Below are positions 29,031 through 64,000 of a stretch of 64,000 nucleotides of DNA, piece by piece. Under the pieces are notes generated by a model. It had not been told where the DNA came from. It saw nothing but the letters and a program-made list of their open reading frames with translations, and searched no databases. Positions within the stretch are counted from its first letter, which is position 1. Every line of letters starts with the position of its first letter. The translations under genes were made by a program, and so were the position numbers. This stretch comes from Chrysomallon squamiferum. Lineage: Eukaryota; Animalia; Mollusca. Location of the stretch: NCBI GenBank assembly GCA_012295275.1, contig CM022673.1, positions 3,720,001-3,784,000 of the forward strand. The letters are read 5' to 3'.

Positions 29031-30628
29031 ACATTAAACATGGAAGCATGATTAAAAACAGTAAATAAAAGTCTGCAATGATTATGTCAGGTTAACAAGC
29101 AAGAATATACAATTACAAGAATGCTGCTTATGACAACTCGTTCACACAATACACATGATTCTGAGATCACTTTTATTCGATGGTGGCAGGTAAATGTTAA
29201 ACACAAATGTTTTTGTCGTCGTTTCTTTTTTAAAAAGCTTAAAATTGAAAATAAAAAATAAAATAAAATAAAAAGCTAAGTAACAAAAAGCATTGCAAAG
29301 CCCATTTCATTTTTAGCAATTCCTTGTAATATTCTCTTCAGCCTAATATTAAATGTTATTAAAACTTTTTTTAAATTTTATTTTAGCTTTCATAATGAAA
29401 GGAAAAATGACTGAAGATATATTGTTTTGTAAATAATGCAAAATATACATAAATTAATTGTATGAAACAAAATCTGATATTAAGAAAATGTACAACATAT
29501 AAACAAACATGGTTGATACCTGAAGGCATCATGAATAACTGCTGTTACTTATGCTAGAAATTTCAGTTTTGGAGTTGTTTTCATTATTTTCTTATTTTTA
29601 TTATGCTTTCAGATAATGTGTATATCATCTATAGCTTAGCAAAGCAAATCTAAATATTGATAAATATAAAATTTAATTCACAGAAGTTATAATAATAACG
29701 TTTAAAAATGATTAAATTTGTCCTTTCATCTGTCAACTACAAATGCTGTAACTTTCTTTTTGTTTTGTAATTGAAAAATATTTTATTAAAATTTCAAAGC
29801 ATGTTTAATTTAAAAAAAAAATTTTCAATACTTTCTGTGTAACTTTAAACATTAAAACATTTCAAGAAAGATTTTAAGTTCATTCGTAGTAGCTGACCAT
29901 GTGTTGTACAAATGATAAACAAACTTAAAATAATAATATTTTGTTTATATTTGTTCTGATAATCAATGATCACAATGGGAAGTTAATATAATAATATTCT
30001 TATTTACAATTGATAACAACATACTAAAATCTCATCACCAAAAAAATCTTATGTATTTTTGAAATGTTAGCTTATTTTCATTTGTTATGAGAAAAATGAG
30101 TTAGGTGAAAAATAAAGTTTGTTATTTTATCAAAATAGCTTGATAAAAATGTCACAACCTTTGTTCACAATAATATATATACATATTATTATTATTATTA
30201 TTATTATTTTATTCATGATAGTGTAGCTTAATAAAATAATATATCTGAAAATTGTCTTTTTGCTATTTTCCAAGTCATCATGGATGATCAGCTGAATACG
30301 GTTCTTGTTTTTCTTTCTGTCCTCTTTCTCTGTGGAAATAATGCTCTCCACATCATAGGCTCTATGTTTCTGAAAAAAAAAAAAAAAAAATAAATAAATA
30401 TGTTTGCTTACATGAAAACAATAAAAGTATTTTATCAATGAACACTAAAACAAGTTTGCTAATATTTGAGAAATTAAATTGATAAATAAATAAGGAAGAA
30501 TAAGGACGAATGGATGGCGACAAAGAGTGAAGGAGAAAATAATAATAATGATGGAGAAAAAGATAATAATAACAACTGATAACAGCTGATATCAGCCTGT
30601 ATGTGTACCTGAATGAATCATTTTAGAG

Positions 30629-52068
<21,440 letters not shown>

Positions 52069-53596
52069 ATCGACATCTACATCAACAAATCCAATCCAGT
52101 CTAACAAACTGCAAACAACTACTACTACTGCTACTACTACTGCTACTACTAAAACTGCAACACAGAAACTCCGCTTTCGGAACCAATAACTATCATTTGT
52201 TAATTCACAAAAAACCCAAACAATCAAACTGTAACCAGAAACACACTGGTGAAGATGAAGATTTTCTGTCACACAATGATCAGGTTTTCACTTCTGCAAC
52301 AACACTCAGCAGTCAGAGGAGATGGTTTAAAGTTTTACACAAGCGATCGCGAATTCTTTTTATTTTGCATACTTTTGTAATCAATAATTTAGAGTTCACA
52401 GAGGAAAGTGTATGGGATGTCTAATACATGCCAGATACATTAAATAATATTAATAATAATAAAAAAAGTGAATGATTAGCATGAAGAATTAAAAACACAA
52501 ATTGAGTGATGTTAATATTTTTATATTGTACAGGCAGTACATGTTATGTGAATCATATTAAGTGGACTTAATATTTTTGTATTATTCTTGGAGTACATGT
52601 CACGTTTATTATGTTAAGTGGGTTTAATATTTTTATTTTGTTCTTGAAGTATGTTATGAAAATTTTTTGTCATGTAAACTGCTTTTAAATTTGTCAGTAA
52701 TATTCAGATAAGAAGTATTATTTTATTATTTTAAAATATTTAAAAAAAAAAAGAAAGAAGGTTTTTGTTAAATGATATTTTTTTAAAGAAAGTGAAAATA
52801 AACATTTATCACTTTATCTTCTCTTTAAATTAGAAACATAATTGTATTTAATGTTTTAAATATTTTATATCTTAGATGAAATATATTTACTGTATGAAAT
52901 GATTTTTATTATTTTAATCTGACATTAATATTCAAATGACAAATCTTTTTTTTATAAAAAATAAAAAAATAGGTTAACATTTGAAATTCATCAGATGAAA
53001 TACATTAACTGATATTTTAAAATGCTTTTCAATCATTTTCAAAAGACATAAAATGATCATTATCATTGTTTTAATTGCTTTGTTTTCTGCTTTTCTCTCA
53101 TGATTAAAAACCCAACAATAACAAAACAAACGTGATATAAACCATACAATATAGATTAACTGTATTATTTTCAAAATGTTACGCAATACTATATACACAC
53201 ACACAAAAAGAAAAAACCCAGTTTTAGTTTGTTCTAAGATGTACTAAATAAACTGTAACTCGAGAAATCAGAGTGTGAGTTTATGTTTCATAATGAACAA
53301 GTTTAATTTACTAGTTATATATATATATATATATATAGTGTGTGTTTGCACACATATAAATATTCAAGTGATACTTTAGAAATGTAAAAATATACACTGG
53401 ATACAATAACAAGGCAGAAAGGGTACACTGGGTACAGTGAAAGGGTGAAAGGAACACTCAGTACAACTGAAATATCAAAGGTTGTGAAGGATGCTATAGC
53501 TTTTCTTTCCTTACATCTACACATCTGCAGTCCCTCTCATCCCTTCAGACATTTATCCATACTTCCATCCATCCTCTATCCATCTGTCCATCCATC

Positions 53597-53722
53597 CATT
53601 CATTCATTTACCCATATGTTAGTTCATCAATTCATCCATTCATTCATTTACCCATATGTTAGTTCATCAGTTCATCCATTCATTCATTTACCCATATGTT
53701 AGTTCATCAATTCATCCATTCA
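53597..53722. repeat. 40-bp tandem repeat, 3 copies, within a (CATC/TATC)n-rich tract
   Basis: CATTCATTTACCCATATGTTAGTTCATCA at 53601, 53641 and 53681. Confidence 0.9.
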
Positions 53723-53780
53723 TGATCCATCTAATCATCCATCCACCTATCGATTTATTCATTCATCTATCCATTCATTT

Positions 53781-53815
<35 letters not shown>

Positions 53816-55094
53816 GCTATCTATCTATCTATGCATTCATCAATCCATTAATCGTCTATTCATCCAACCTTCCATTTATCCCTTAAGTTAGCAGTTCATC
53901 CATTCATTCATTTATCCATCCATCCATCCATCCATCCATCTATTCATCCGTTAATCCAAGACTCATCTATTAATCCATTCATTATCTAATGCATCTGTTC
54001 GTCCATCCATCCATCTCTCCAACAATCCATCCATCTCTCTATCCTCAAAGAATAAAACTCTTGACTAATTGGACCCTCCATTAGTCTCTCCTCTTATGCA
54101 TTCATTCAATCAGCAGCAGCCTAGTTGACCCACTGTGATAAACCACAGACAATGTGGAAACGTTTACCAATACACCAACACTGAAACCTGCCAACTGCCT
54201 GAATGGGCAGTGGATTGATTTCATTGTAAACAGCTGAAAAGGAATTATCAATGAATATTTCTACAGTGGATTTGTTGAGCTCATATTGACTGGCACGAAG
54301 TGTGACAATGATAGCTATTTTCATTGAGAGTCATTATTGGCCTAATAAGGTCATTAGGTCAGTGAGAATGAGTGGAGTTTTGTTGTTATTATTATTATTG
54401 TTGTTGTTATTATTATTATTATTATTATTTATTATTATTTTTTATTTTATTTTTTTAATTAATTTGTTTTATTGGTTGTTTAAAAATAAAAAATATAAAT
54501 AAATATCCTTCTTTTTATTTTTTATTATTTTTGTAGTTATTATATTGTGATATGTCATGATGTATGAGAATGTGAATGATTGTGAATGTGTGTGTCTGTG
54601 TGTATCAGCATGAATGTGTAATACTTGTATCTATGTGTGTATGGTTGATTCTATGTATGTGTATTTCTATTTATATGTATTTCCATGCTTATGTACGTAT
54701 ATATATATTTCTGTATGTGCATGTATATTTGTATGTATGTATTTTGGAATAAATATTCTATTATCTTAAATGTATTTGATTAGATTCTGCATGTGTGTGT
54801 GTGGGGGGTTGATGGTGGGTGTACAGGGGAATTAGTGTGTCAAAGTTATTTATTTCTATATTCATTTATTTTATTAGTTCAATGATTTATTCAATAAAAA
54901 AATTAATCAAAGAATTAATCAATATATCATATTGATTAGGAACAGTTGTATCACGTATTCCACTATCAAATAGTAATTTGTTAGATGAACTGACATTAAA
55001 TACTGTATTATTGCTTTACAGAAATGGCAGAGAATTTTTGCATTGGGAAGTTATATTCAAAAATATGTTTATGAGGATGTGTAGTTGAGTCTGT

Positions 55095-55240
55095 GTGTAT
55101 GAGAGAGAGAGAGAGAGAGATGAAAAGAAAAAGACCAATGTGTATGTACTGTGTATACATCTGAATAAAAAATATTTTAAAACTTTAACAAAAATAATAA
55201 TTATTTATAAATTTTTTGTAATGGAAAGTTAAACTTAAAA

Positions 55241-55273
<33 letters not shown>

Positions 55274-55396
55274 TATGTGTGTATGAGAGAAAGAGAGACA
55301 GATAGAAAGAAAAACACCAGAATGTATGTACTGTGTATGTCTGAATAAAAAAAATAAAATAAAACAATTAACAAAAATAACAATCATTTATCAATT
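55095..55396 (-). repeat. Two tandem copies of the dispersed repeat found at 40080-40200, in opposite orientation
   Basis: Shared core TGTATGTACTGTGTAT..CTGAATAAAAAA...TTAACAAAAATAA. Confidence 0.85.
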
Positions 55397-55461
55397 CCTC
55401 TGTTTAGTTTGAAGTCTACAGAAGACATTTTTTTGGCATAATCATAGTCACATTGAATCAG

Positions 55462-55492
<31 letters not shown>

Positions 55493-57162
55493 GATTTTTA
55501 AAAATAATTAAAAACATAAGAAAGAACACAAAAGAAGAAAAATAGTAACATCAACCATATCAGGACAAAGCAAGAAACCAGGCAGCAGATTTGTGAACAC
55601 TGATATACATACAGATGTACTGGTTTCCTCTGGGGAAATTCAGCACAGCACATCAGTAAGATAATAACAATGAACCAGAAGTCACAGGCAATGATAATGA
55701 TGCTGAGGAAAATGGTGATGACAATGGCAATGTTATTACTGCTAACGGTAATGTTGATTGCTATGAATAACTGTAATGGTGACGGTAATGATGAGCATAA
55801 TGATGGTAACATATATAACAATAGTGATGATAATCATGATAATGAAAATGATGGTGATGATAATGATTGTGATGATGATGATGGTGGTACATAAAGATAA
55901 TAGTTGTATATTATAAAGATAACTTATGGTGATGATGGTATTGACAATCATGATGATGATGATGTCAGTGGTGATGGTGATCATCATTATTATGATGGTT
56001 ATTAGACAAAGGTGTGACTTGTACATAGTATTCACTGACTTCAGTACAATGTTGTGAAATTATCTTTGTAACGTTGTAAGGTGTATATGCCTGGTCTCTT
56101 AATGGAATTATTGGGAACCACAAATTTAATTAGGGTAAGCCACAAGTCATTAGAGTGTGCCAGAGAGGCAGTTTGTAGCTGCTGCAGTGAAGTGTATTTG
56201 CATAGAGATCAGTGCTTTTGTACAGGATGTCTCATTGTCTTGGGAATTTACCATTACTGGCATCAGTGTCAGAGTGCATTTCTCAGTTCTTGGTTTACGT
56301 TGTTTTTTTTTTTTTTTTTTGTTTCTTTTTCTGAAAAAACAAAAACTTAAAAACAGATTTGAATGAATTGTTTCCAGACTGGTTGAATGCAATGTTTACT
56401 TCACAGTATACTTGTTAATTTAAACTATTATTTTGTTATTTGTAAGTAGCTTTGATACCTGCAGAGATCAAAATTCATCTATCCTGTCCCTTAGAGAATT
56501 GTAATATGGTAATACTGTAACTTCAGTGGAACACTGTAGAATAGATAGTAATATTAAAAGTAATATTATAGAGAGTATATATTAATATTGTATCTTCAGA
56601 GGAACACTGTACAATTTAGATATTAATACTGTAGCTGTGTTGAATAGATTACTATTGTAATTCAGTAGAACACAGTAATGAGTAGATATTAATATTTTAT
56701 CTTTTGGTAGATATTAATACTGTAACTGTGTTGAATAGATATTAATATTGTATCTTTAGTGGAACACTGTGTAGAGTAGATATTAATATTGTAAATTCAG
56801 TAGAACATTATAGAATATGTAACTGCAATGAAACATTGTAGAATTGATAGTAATATATTAACTTCAGTAGAATATTGCACAATACAGACAATAATACTTT
56901 AACTTTACTGAAATACTAGACAAAATGGAAAAACACTAAGAATAGATAATATTTGGTTTAAAAAGGTGATATAGCAAAGTAACATCTGGTTTTTTCTATA
57001 TTTTTCAGTTAAAATTAAAAGAGTCAAGATGCCATTATACAAATATTTATTGATTTACCAAAAAAATATTCTTTTTCTCATTTATTACTCATGAATTACA
57101 AAAATTTCTATTGACAGGAAATGAGTCTAAAGAGGCTTAGTCTAACAAGGTGTATTTACTGT

Positions 57163-57263
<101 letters not shown>

Positions 57264-58032
57264 ACACACACACATATATATATACAATTTTTTAGTGAAA
57301 AATAAATGAACATTTGTTTCACAACATTTCAATGTATATTATTAATAATTATTAACAGTTAACAAAATATGAGATATTTAAATTGTATATGAAGAACAAA
57401 ATATGCTGTTGTTAAACTGTGGGCTATTTTTTACAGTGAGAAGAATTTTATATGAACCTTATCACAGACAGGGCAGTACATGCCACTGCTGTTTGTTTTC
57501 ATATGATGAGTAACATAAAAAGACAGAAAAATTCATCACAAGATTGACAGAAGGGGCTATGAACAAACTTACATCAAAATGTGTGTGTGTGAATATCAGC
57601 ATCTAAATTTAGTTAAAAATGATTAACTGTACATTGAGAGGTAGATAAAATTTTTTTACATAACCAGAAATTAACACAAGCATGATGCAAATCTAATCCT
57701 AATGCTAATCTGAATGAATAAATAAATAAACAAATAAATAAATTAAAATAATAATAAAAATTAAAATATAAATATAAATATAAATATAAATAAATACTAA
57801 AAACTGAAGAAAAAAACAACTGAAACAACAAATAAACAAACAAACACACCCAAAAAAAAAAAAAAAAAAAAACAATAAAAAAAAAACAATTAAAAAAAAA
57901 ATTATAAATCAATAAACAATAAAACAACAGAACTCTTTTTTGCTCATTAAATCATATTCATGTGTCGAACATAAACAAAGAGATAAATTTTACTGGGAAT
58001 ATTTAAAAGAGATGTGTAAACATTATTCTTAC

Positions 58033-58132
58033 ATAACTCTAGCTGAAGCAGGTCACGATATGTTGACAGTCGACTGTTGGGTTCTTTGACGAACATAATG
58101 TCAATGGCAGATCTGTTTGCACAAAAACACAT
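58033..58132 (-). CDS. PLCD: PLC candidate alternative first coding exon B (MCFCANRSAIDIMFVKEPNSRLSTYRDLLQLEL)
   Basis: ATG at 58132; 33 codons + 1 nt; donor TAT|GTAAGA; phase 1. Confidence 0.55.
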
Positions 58133-58279
58133 AGCACTGCCTTAAAACTTCACTGCTCAGTGCAGAAGGTAACAAGTTTAACTTCACTAGAATCTACACA
58201 ATAACAATTGTAATCCAGTAACTTCACTGTACAATGCAGAAATTATCTTTACTAGAATATTGTACTTTCTTAGTTATAT

Positions 58280-58550
58280 TATAACTTCACTAGAACACAG
58301 AACAGACAGTGATATTGTAACTTCACTAGAACACAGAACAGATAGCAATATTGTAACTTCACTAGAACACAGAACAGATAGCGATATTGTAACTTCACTA
58401 GAACACAGAACAGATAGCGATATTGTAACTTCACTAGAACACAGAACAGATAGTGATATTGTAACTTCACTAGAACACAAAACAGATAGCGATATTGTAA
58501 CTTCACTAGATCACAGAATAGATAGTGATACTGTATCTTCACTAGAACAC
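58280..58550. repeat. 36-bp minisatellite (AACTTCACTAGAACACAGAACAGATAGCGATATTGT), ~7 copies; diverged relatives at ~56510-56920 and ~58620-58800
   Basis: Period 36; yields the TSLEHRTDSDIV repeat ORF. Confidence 0.93.
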
Positions 58551-59939
58551 TGTAGCATAGTGAATATTGTAGAGTATCATATAGTAATCCTGGTACATCA
58601 CTTGAACACTGTTCAGTATGGACAGTGATATTTCAGCATCAATGGAAAATATATAATATTAGACCACTTTACAACTTCAGTTCAACACTATACAATAAAA
58701 TTTAATATTTTGTAACTTGAGTGGAACATAGTACATTAAAGACTTTAGCATTGTACTTCAACTGAAAAGTGAACAATAAGGACTGAAATATTGTTACTTG
58801 ACTACACACCACTGTACAACACTGCAACTGTATCACAGTATAACTAAACATCATAGAACTGTATCATACCATTTGCAGTATCCTTTGGGAAAACTAACTG
58901 GTCTGTAAAGAATATGTTTTTCCTTATACAAACTGTAACAATATTAATAAAACACTGCCACATATGCTGTAATATCCCTAGATCATTACAACATCAGTGA
59001 AAAACTGTAACAGATTTAAGCCATTCATAACCAACATACACATAACAGTCTGTATTCCTTGGTGAATTACTACTATAGGTATGGTAAAAATCTGAACTTT
59101 GTAAATTTCTTTTTCTTTTTTCCACACTCTACTAAAGACTACAGAATACATATAATTTTTTTTTTCTTTTTTTTTACTCTCCATAAGAAACCATATCATA
59201 AATCCAGAACAGTTTATTTGATCTTTCCATTTTACAATCCACTGAATTTATTTTGTCTTCAAAGATTTGAAAAACTCTTTCTGTACACTGATACTTGTTG
59301 GCTGTGCAGCAGATTTATGAAGCCATTTCTTGTTTTCTTTCTGTTTCTTTTTTTTAAATTTTTATGTCCTACCAACATCTTTGGGAAAAGATTATTTGAG
59401 CTAATCTTAATTCTTATACTTCATTGGCTGAAGGTTGTTAAACAAAATAATAAATGTATGACAAAAGATACTCAAAGTGGAAATTCCAATAGAGCAGCAC
59501 TGGAGCGAACACAAACAAAAAACAAACCACTGCTGCTGACAACTGGCTAAGTGTGATTTGTTGCTTGGCATGGATTCTGGTTGAGCTCAATTTCTAAGCA
59601 AACTGTTTTTGGATTACCTTAATTACTTGAATGATCAAAGCTCAGTTTATTGATAGATTAATAAGCTAAATGAACAGTTTTCTGATTTGTTACAAGTTTG
59701 TTTTTCTGTGTTCACACCGTGAGAAAAGATAATGTCTTCTGTGATACAGTTATTGTAAGATTGTACAAAATTACTCTTTAGGTGACAGAGTATTGTGTAT
59801 AAAGTTGTAATTCTGTTATAAGCCTTTCAGAGACATTGCCACTTCAAACAAAATGACCCTTGCAGCCAAAGTATTATTATATAAAAAAATATAACTGTGT
59901 TACAAGCTTACCATTATAAGATTGTCCCAAAATTACCCT

Positions 59940-60360
59940 CTGGCCAAAGTGCTACATATAAAATTATAATTCTGTTATGAAATTTCAAGATATTGTAAAT
60001 TTGTAAAAATAATCCTGTGACCAAAATGTTGCATATAAAATTATAATTCTGTTATGAACTTTCCAGATATTGTAAATTTGTAAAAATGATCCTGTGACCA
60101 AAATGTTGCATATAAAATTATAATTCTGTTATGAACTTTCCAGATATTGTAAATTTGTAAAAATGATCCTGTGACCAAAATGTTGCATATAAAATTATAA
60201 TTCTGTTATGAAATTTCAAGATATTGTAAATTTGTAAAAATGATCCTGTGACCAAAATGTTGCATATCAAATTATGATTCTGTTATGAACTTTCCAAATA
60301 TTGTAAGACTGTAAAAATTATCCTCTAGCCAAAATGTTACATATAAAATTATAATGCTGC
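59940..60360. repeat. ~77-bp tandem repeat, ~5 copies, with degenerate copies back to ~59740
   Basis: CTGTGACCAAAATGTTGCATAT recurs at 60015, 60092, 60169 and 60246. Confidence 0.9.
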
Positions 60361-62266
60361 CATAAACTTTCCTTTCAAATTAATAAAAATAATTCAGCAA
60401 AATGTTGTTTTAATTTTAAAAAAAGATAAAAAACAGAATGTCAGCTTATACAATTACAGTAATATTAAAGGGAAAATTTTTGGAGTGGTTTTCCCATGAC
60501 AAACATGCTAGAATGTGTTTCTAGATACAATACCCTAAAAATGATTCACACATATCAAAATATTACATTACAAAACTGACATGGATAATGTCTTTAGGGT
60601 GTCTGTTTACCTCACAGTATTATCCTTTCTTTCAAATTCTGAAAATATACAAGGTGTAAGTTTTGCCTATTGTTTTATAAAATTGACAATGTTTTCTTTT
60701 CATTATCATGGCTGTAGCAGATATTGGATATGTCGTCCAATGTATTTATTGTCAAAGTTAAAAAAAATTCAAAAAGTAGTTCTGTTTGATAGACAGTATT
60801 TTACTCCATATTATACACCTCTAATGTCTGCTCTTAAATGTTCTGCTGTTTTTTTGGGTTTTTATTTTTTATTTGTAAAATAATAATAATGATATATATA
60901 GAATTAAAATTTAGTTTAAAGGCAAAAATTAATGTATATTTTTATCTTCTATCTTAATAGGTGTCAATCTCAAGCATTTACTTTCAGTACACAGTCATTC
61001 ATAAATAATCTATGTGTGTATATGTGTGTATATGTGTGTGTGTGTGTGAATGTGTGTTTTTTGAGTATGTGTTGTATGTGTGAGTCTATGTGTTTGTGAA
61101 TGTTTGTGTGCAATCACGTGTGTGTGTGTCTGTGTGTATGAGTATGTGTCTGTGTGTGCAATAATTCACAGTAAATGAGTGACCAAGTTTCACTATAAAA
61201 ATAACCAGTTTGACTTCTTTACAAACTAATGGATCTTGTTGCAAAAGCAAATACATATTTATGAGTTGGGGAGTCACGTAGCTTCTGTTTGTCATAAAAC
61301 CTGTTTTACCTTGAACGTTTTATTCATCTCAAAAACTGTACCCACTTTTCTCTGAAACAACTTCTCCTTCCCAGTACAGTGAAACAATATTCTGTGCTAT
61401 AATATTCATAATTTTACTTTTACTTGGCTTCAGATATCAGATTAGATTTCAGCATGATACTTGGTGAACAGAATATAAAAACTGCAGTAAAATCATTTTC
61501 TGTTTGCTTTAATAAATATTTATAAACTTTCTAAAGAATCTGAATTCTGGCTGCAATTTATGCATCTGCCAATATCCTGATATATGAAAAGTTTACAACA
61601 GTTAGGTAAGATGTATTCATTATAACATCTTCTTCCAAAATTAAATAAATAAATAAATAAAGTAAGAAGAGTAAAGGTGAAAAATGGTTGAAAAAACATT
61701 ATTGCAAAAGACAAATTAATGTTATTTATTTATTTGTAGTTGTTTTGGTGTTTTTCTAATGAAAACATTTTACAGGTTTGAATGGGCCATTATGTTCTTG
61801 ATCTCCAAGGCTGAATGATTGTACATTATTAATCTCCACAGTCCATAAAACACACTCTATTGTGTTTCTTGTACATGCCCAGACACTTTCAAATTAAACA
61901 AACATGGAGTCAATTGTAACCTTGGATGTGAAAGACTGTTAATGAACATAAATGTTGTTTATCAATTTTAACACACTTCAACCTTCTAAACTTTAAAACT
62001 GCAAACACTTAAAGCTGAATGAACTCAAGGTAACACATGTTGACAAGTCGTTAATAAGAATCTTAACAGCTTTGAAAACTTAAAAAATATTTATTTGTTT
62101 ATTAATTAATTAATCCATTCATTCATTCATTATTATTATTGTTATTGTTACTATTATTATTGTTGTTGTTGTTGTTGTTGTTGTTGTTATTATTATTATT
62201 ATTTATATATTTTTTTTTTAGGCAGGTAGGAGGTATTCTTGTGTCTTAATGTAAGGTAGAGATTGG

Positions 62267-62311
<45 letters not shown>

Positions 62312-62352
62312 TATGTGTGTGTGTGTATGTGTCTGTGTCTGTGTGTGTGTCT

Positions 62353-62399
<47 letters not shown>

Positions 62400-62489
62400 A
62401 TTATGTATAATTTACATATACACTTTGATATATTTACATGGATTAGGTGAATCTAAATATGTATTTATCAGTTGTGTATGTGTGTGTGT

Positions 62490-62579
<90 letters not shown>

Positions 62580-62775
62580 TTAAGAAGATGTATGTTAATG
62601 TAGATGTGTGTTAGTATTTATATAAGCTGTTTGTTTCTGCTGTTGGCTGGTACATATGAGTCTTGTCCAGGAGTGAAAATTTATAGACAGATTTGTAAAT
62701 AAATAATAAAAATTTATTTTCGAAACAATGAAACCCATGAATCTCACTCAAATCCAAGAGAATTTGATATACATA

Positions 62776-62808
<33 letters not shown>

Positions 62809-63102
62809 AGAATTAAACAAAGAAAATAAAGACAAAATAACCAATAAAAATGAAGACATAAATATTAAAAAAAAAAAATTAATACAAATATATAAAGTAC
62901 ATGTATGAGTAAAAATTAAGAAAAATAAATATATATATTTTTTACAAAAGAGGTAAAAAAAAAAAAAAAATAAAAAAAATAAATAAATAAATATGTAAAT
63001 AAAATAAAACAAATCAAAAGAAAAGAAAACAAAACAGAACATATGACATAATATTAAAAGTGATCTGTTTTCAGAAATATTTCGACTTCCTATTTTACAT
63101 AC

Positions 63103-63262
63103 CCTCATCTGAGTCCACCAACCAGAATGGTTTACTCAGTTCTTCATCTTCTACGTATGTTTCGTCTGTGGCAGTTGCCTCCCCTGGTTTCAACTCGTAC
63201 GGAGTGTTGTCCTCTTTGTGAACTCTGTGTTTTGATTTACCAGCACAGCTTAGCAAGTCCAT
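63103..63262 (-). CDS. PLCD: PLC candidate alternative first coding exon A (MDLLSCAGKSKHRVHKEDNTPYELKPGEATATDETYVEDEELSKPFWLVDSDE)
   Basis: CAAAATG start context; 53 codons + 1 nt; donor AGG|GTATGT; GC-richer coding-like island; phase matches the PH exon at 46211. Confidence 0.7.
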
Positions 63263-64000
63263 TTTGATTTTTAAAATTTTTCTTTTCCACTTACAGTAAC
63301 TTTCACCTGAATGTAATTTTATATATAAACATATATCTACGCATATAATGGTGCTGGGTTTTTATATACAACAAAGTAAACATATCTCCTTGGTTACAAA
63401 AGATCATTTTGAAGCAAAAACAAAACAAGGTCATCTAGACGTTGATAATTCCGTCATATGTCAAGTAATAAATGATAAGCAAACAACAAGTTAACCATTC
63501 TGATAAATCTAAAGTACTGGTAGAAATGTAACAAGGTCAGCAAGCTTAGTGTTAGACACAACTAAAGATATATTTTTTTAAATATTAGTGTTGAAAATAG
63601 TAAAAGATTGAAAAGTTATAAACTAAAAGTTTCAGTGATAAAAAAGGCTTTAATCTGTTATTGTAAGGATTATCAGTATTTTCCAGATAACATTTTGTAA
63701 CAATGCCAACCTCTTACTCTATTATTATCATTTATTTGATTATTCTGTGTATTTACTGTTTTTAGTTTAAAAGTGGAATCACTCCACTGTTGTAATAACG
63801 AGGTATTATTTCAGTAAGTGGTGATAAATCTTTTGTGTGCACTTTCTCACAGAGAAGTATATAACACAGTTTTTGATAGTCTAGACACAGGTTTTTTTTT
63901 TTAAATATTCCAGAAATTAGAACTGGCAGATTTTGTTTACTATGTCAATAGTTTCATTTTGAATAATAAAATTATAATTAAATAATAATAATAATAATAA

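Noticed and set aside
55613-55653. MCCAEFPQRKPVH... followed by GTATGT as another PLC first exon
   Set aside because: The donor falls in phase 2, incompatible with the phase-1 PH exon.
58260-58628. 122-aa plus-strand ORF with TSLEHRTDSDIV repeats, or a CRISPR-like 36-bp repeat
   Set aside because: The open frame follows from a 36-bp stop-free unit; it has a non-ATG start, no spacers and no splice support.
60611-60638. 28-nt minus-strand segment bounded by ttttcag and GTAAAC
   Set aside because: Length is not a multiple of three and there is no start codon or homology; cannot be supported as a coding cassette.

Overview
This is AT-rich, microsatellite-laden eukaryotic genomic DNA (invertebrate animal; a mollusc-like lophotrochozoan is my inference). 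It holds two intron-rich minus-strand genes, which I reconstructed exon by exon from splice signals and reading-frame phase. (1) The 5' half of a p190 RhoGAP gene (ARHGAP35/ARHGAP5-like): 6 coding exons, 618 codons, covering the N-terminal GTPase-fold domain, FF domains and the start of pG1. A probable non-coding first exon lies at ~23.0 kb, and a decayed pogo-like DNA transposon with a PHD-finger remnant sits in an intron. (2) A complete delta-type phospholipase C gene (PH, EF, X, Y, C2; 19 shared exons, ~754 aa). Notable PLC features: an array of 4 (possibly 5) ATG-initiated phase-1 exons over 15 kb that could each supply a different N-terminus; a U12-type AT-AC intron; a 1-nt frameshift in the PH exon just before that intron; candidate microexons in the X-Y linker; (CA)n-embedded partial copies of a catalytic exon; and a 15-kb-spaced inverted repeat pair bracketing the PH/EF exons. 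I see no prokaryotic-type system (CRISPR, operon). Most ORFs in the supplied track are microsatellite or low-complexity artefacts.
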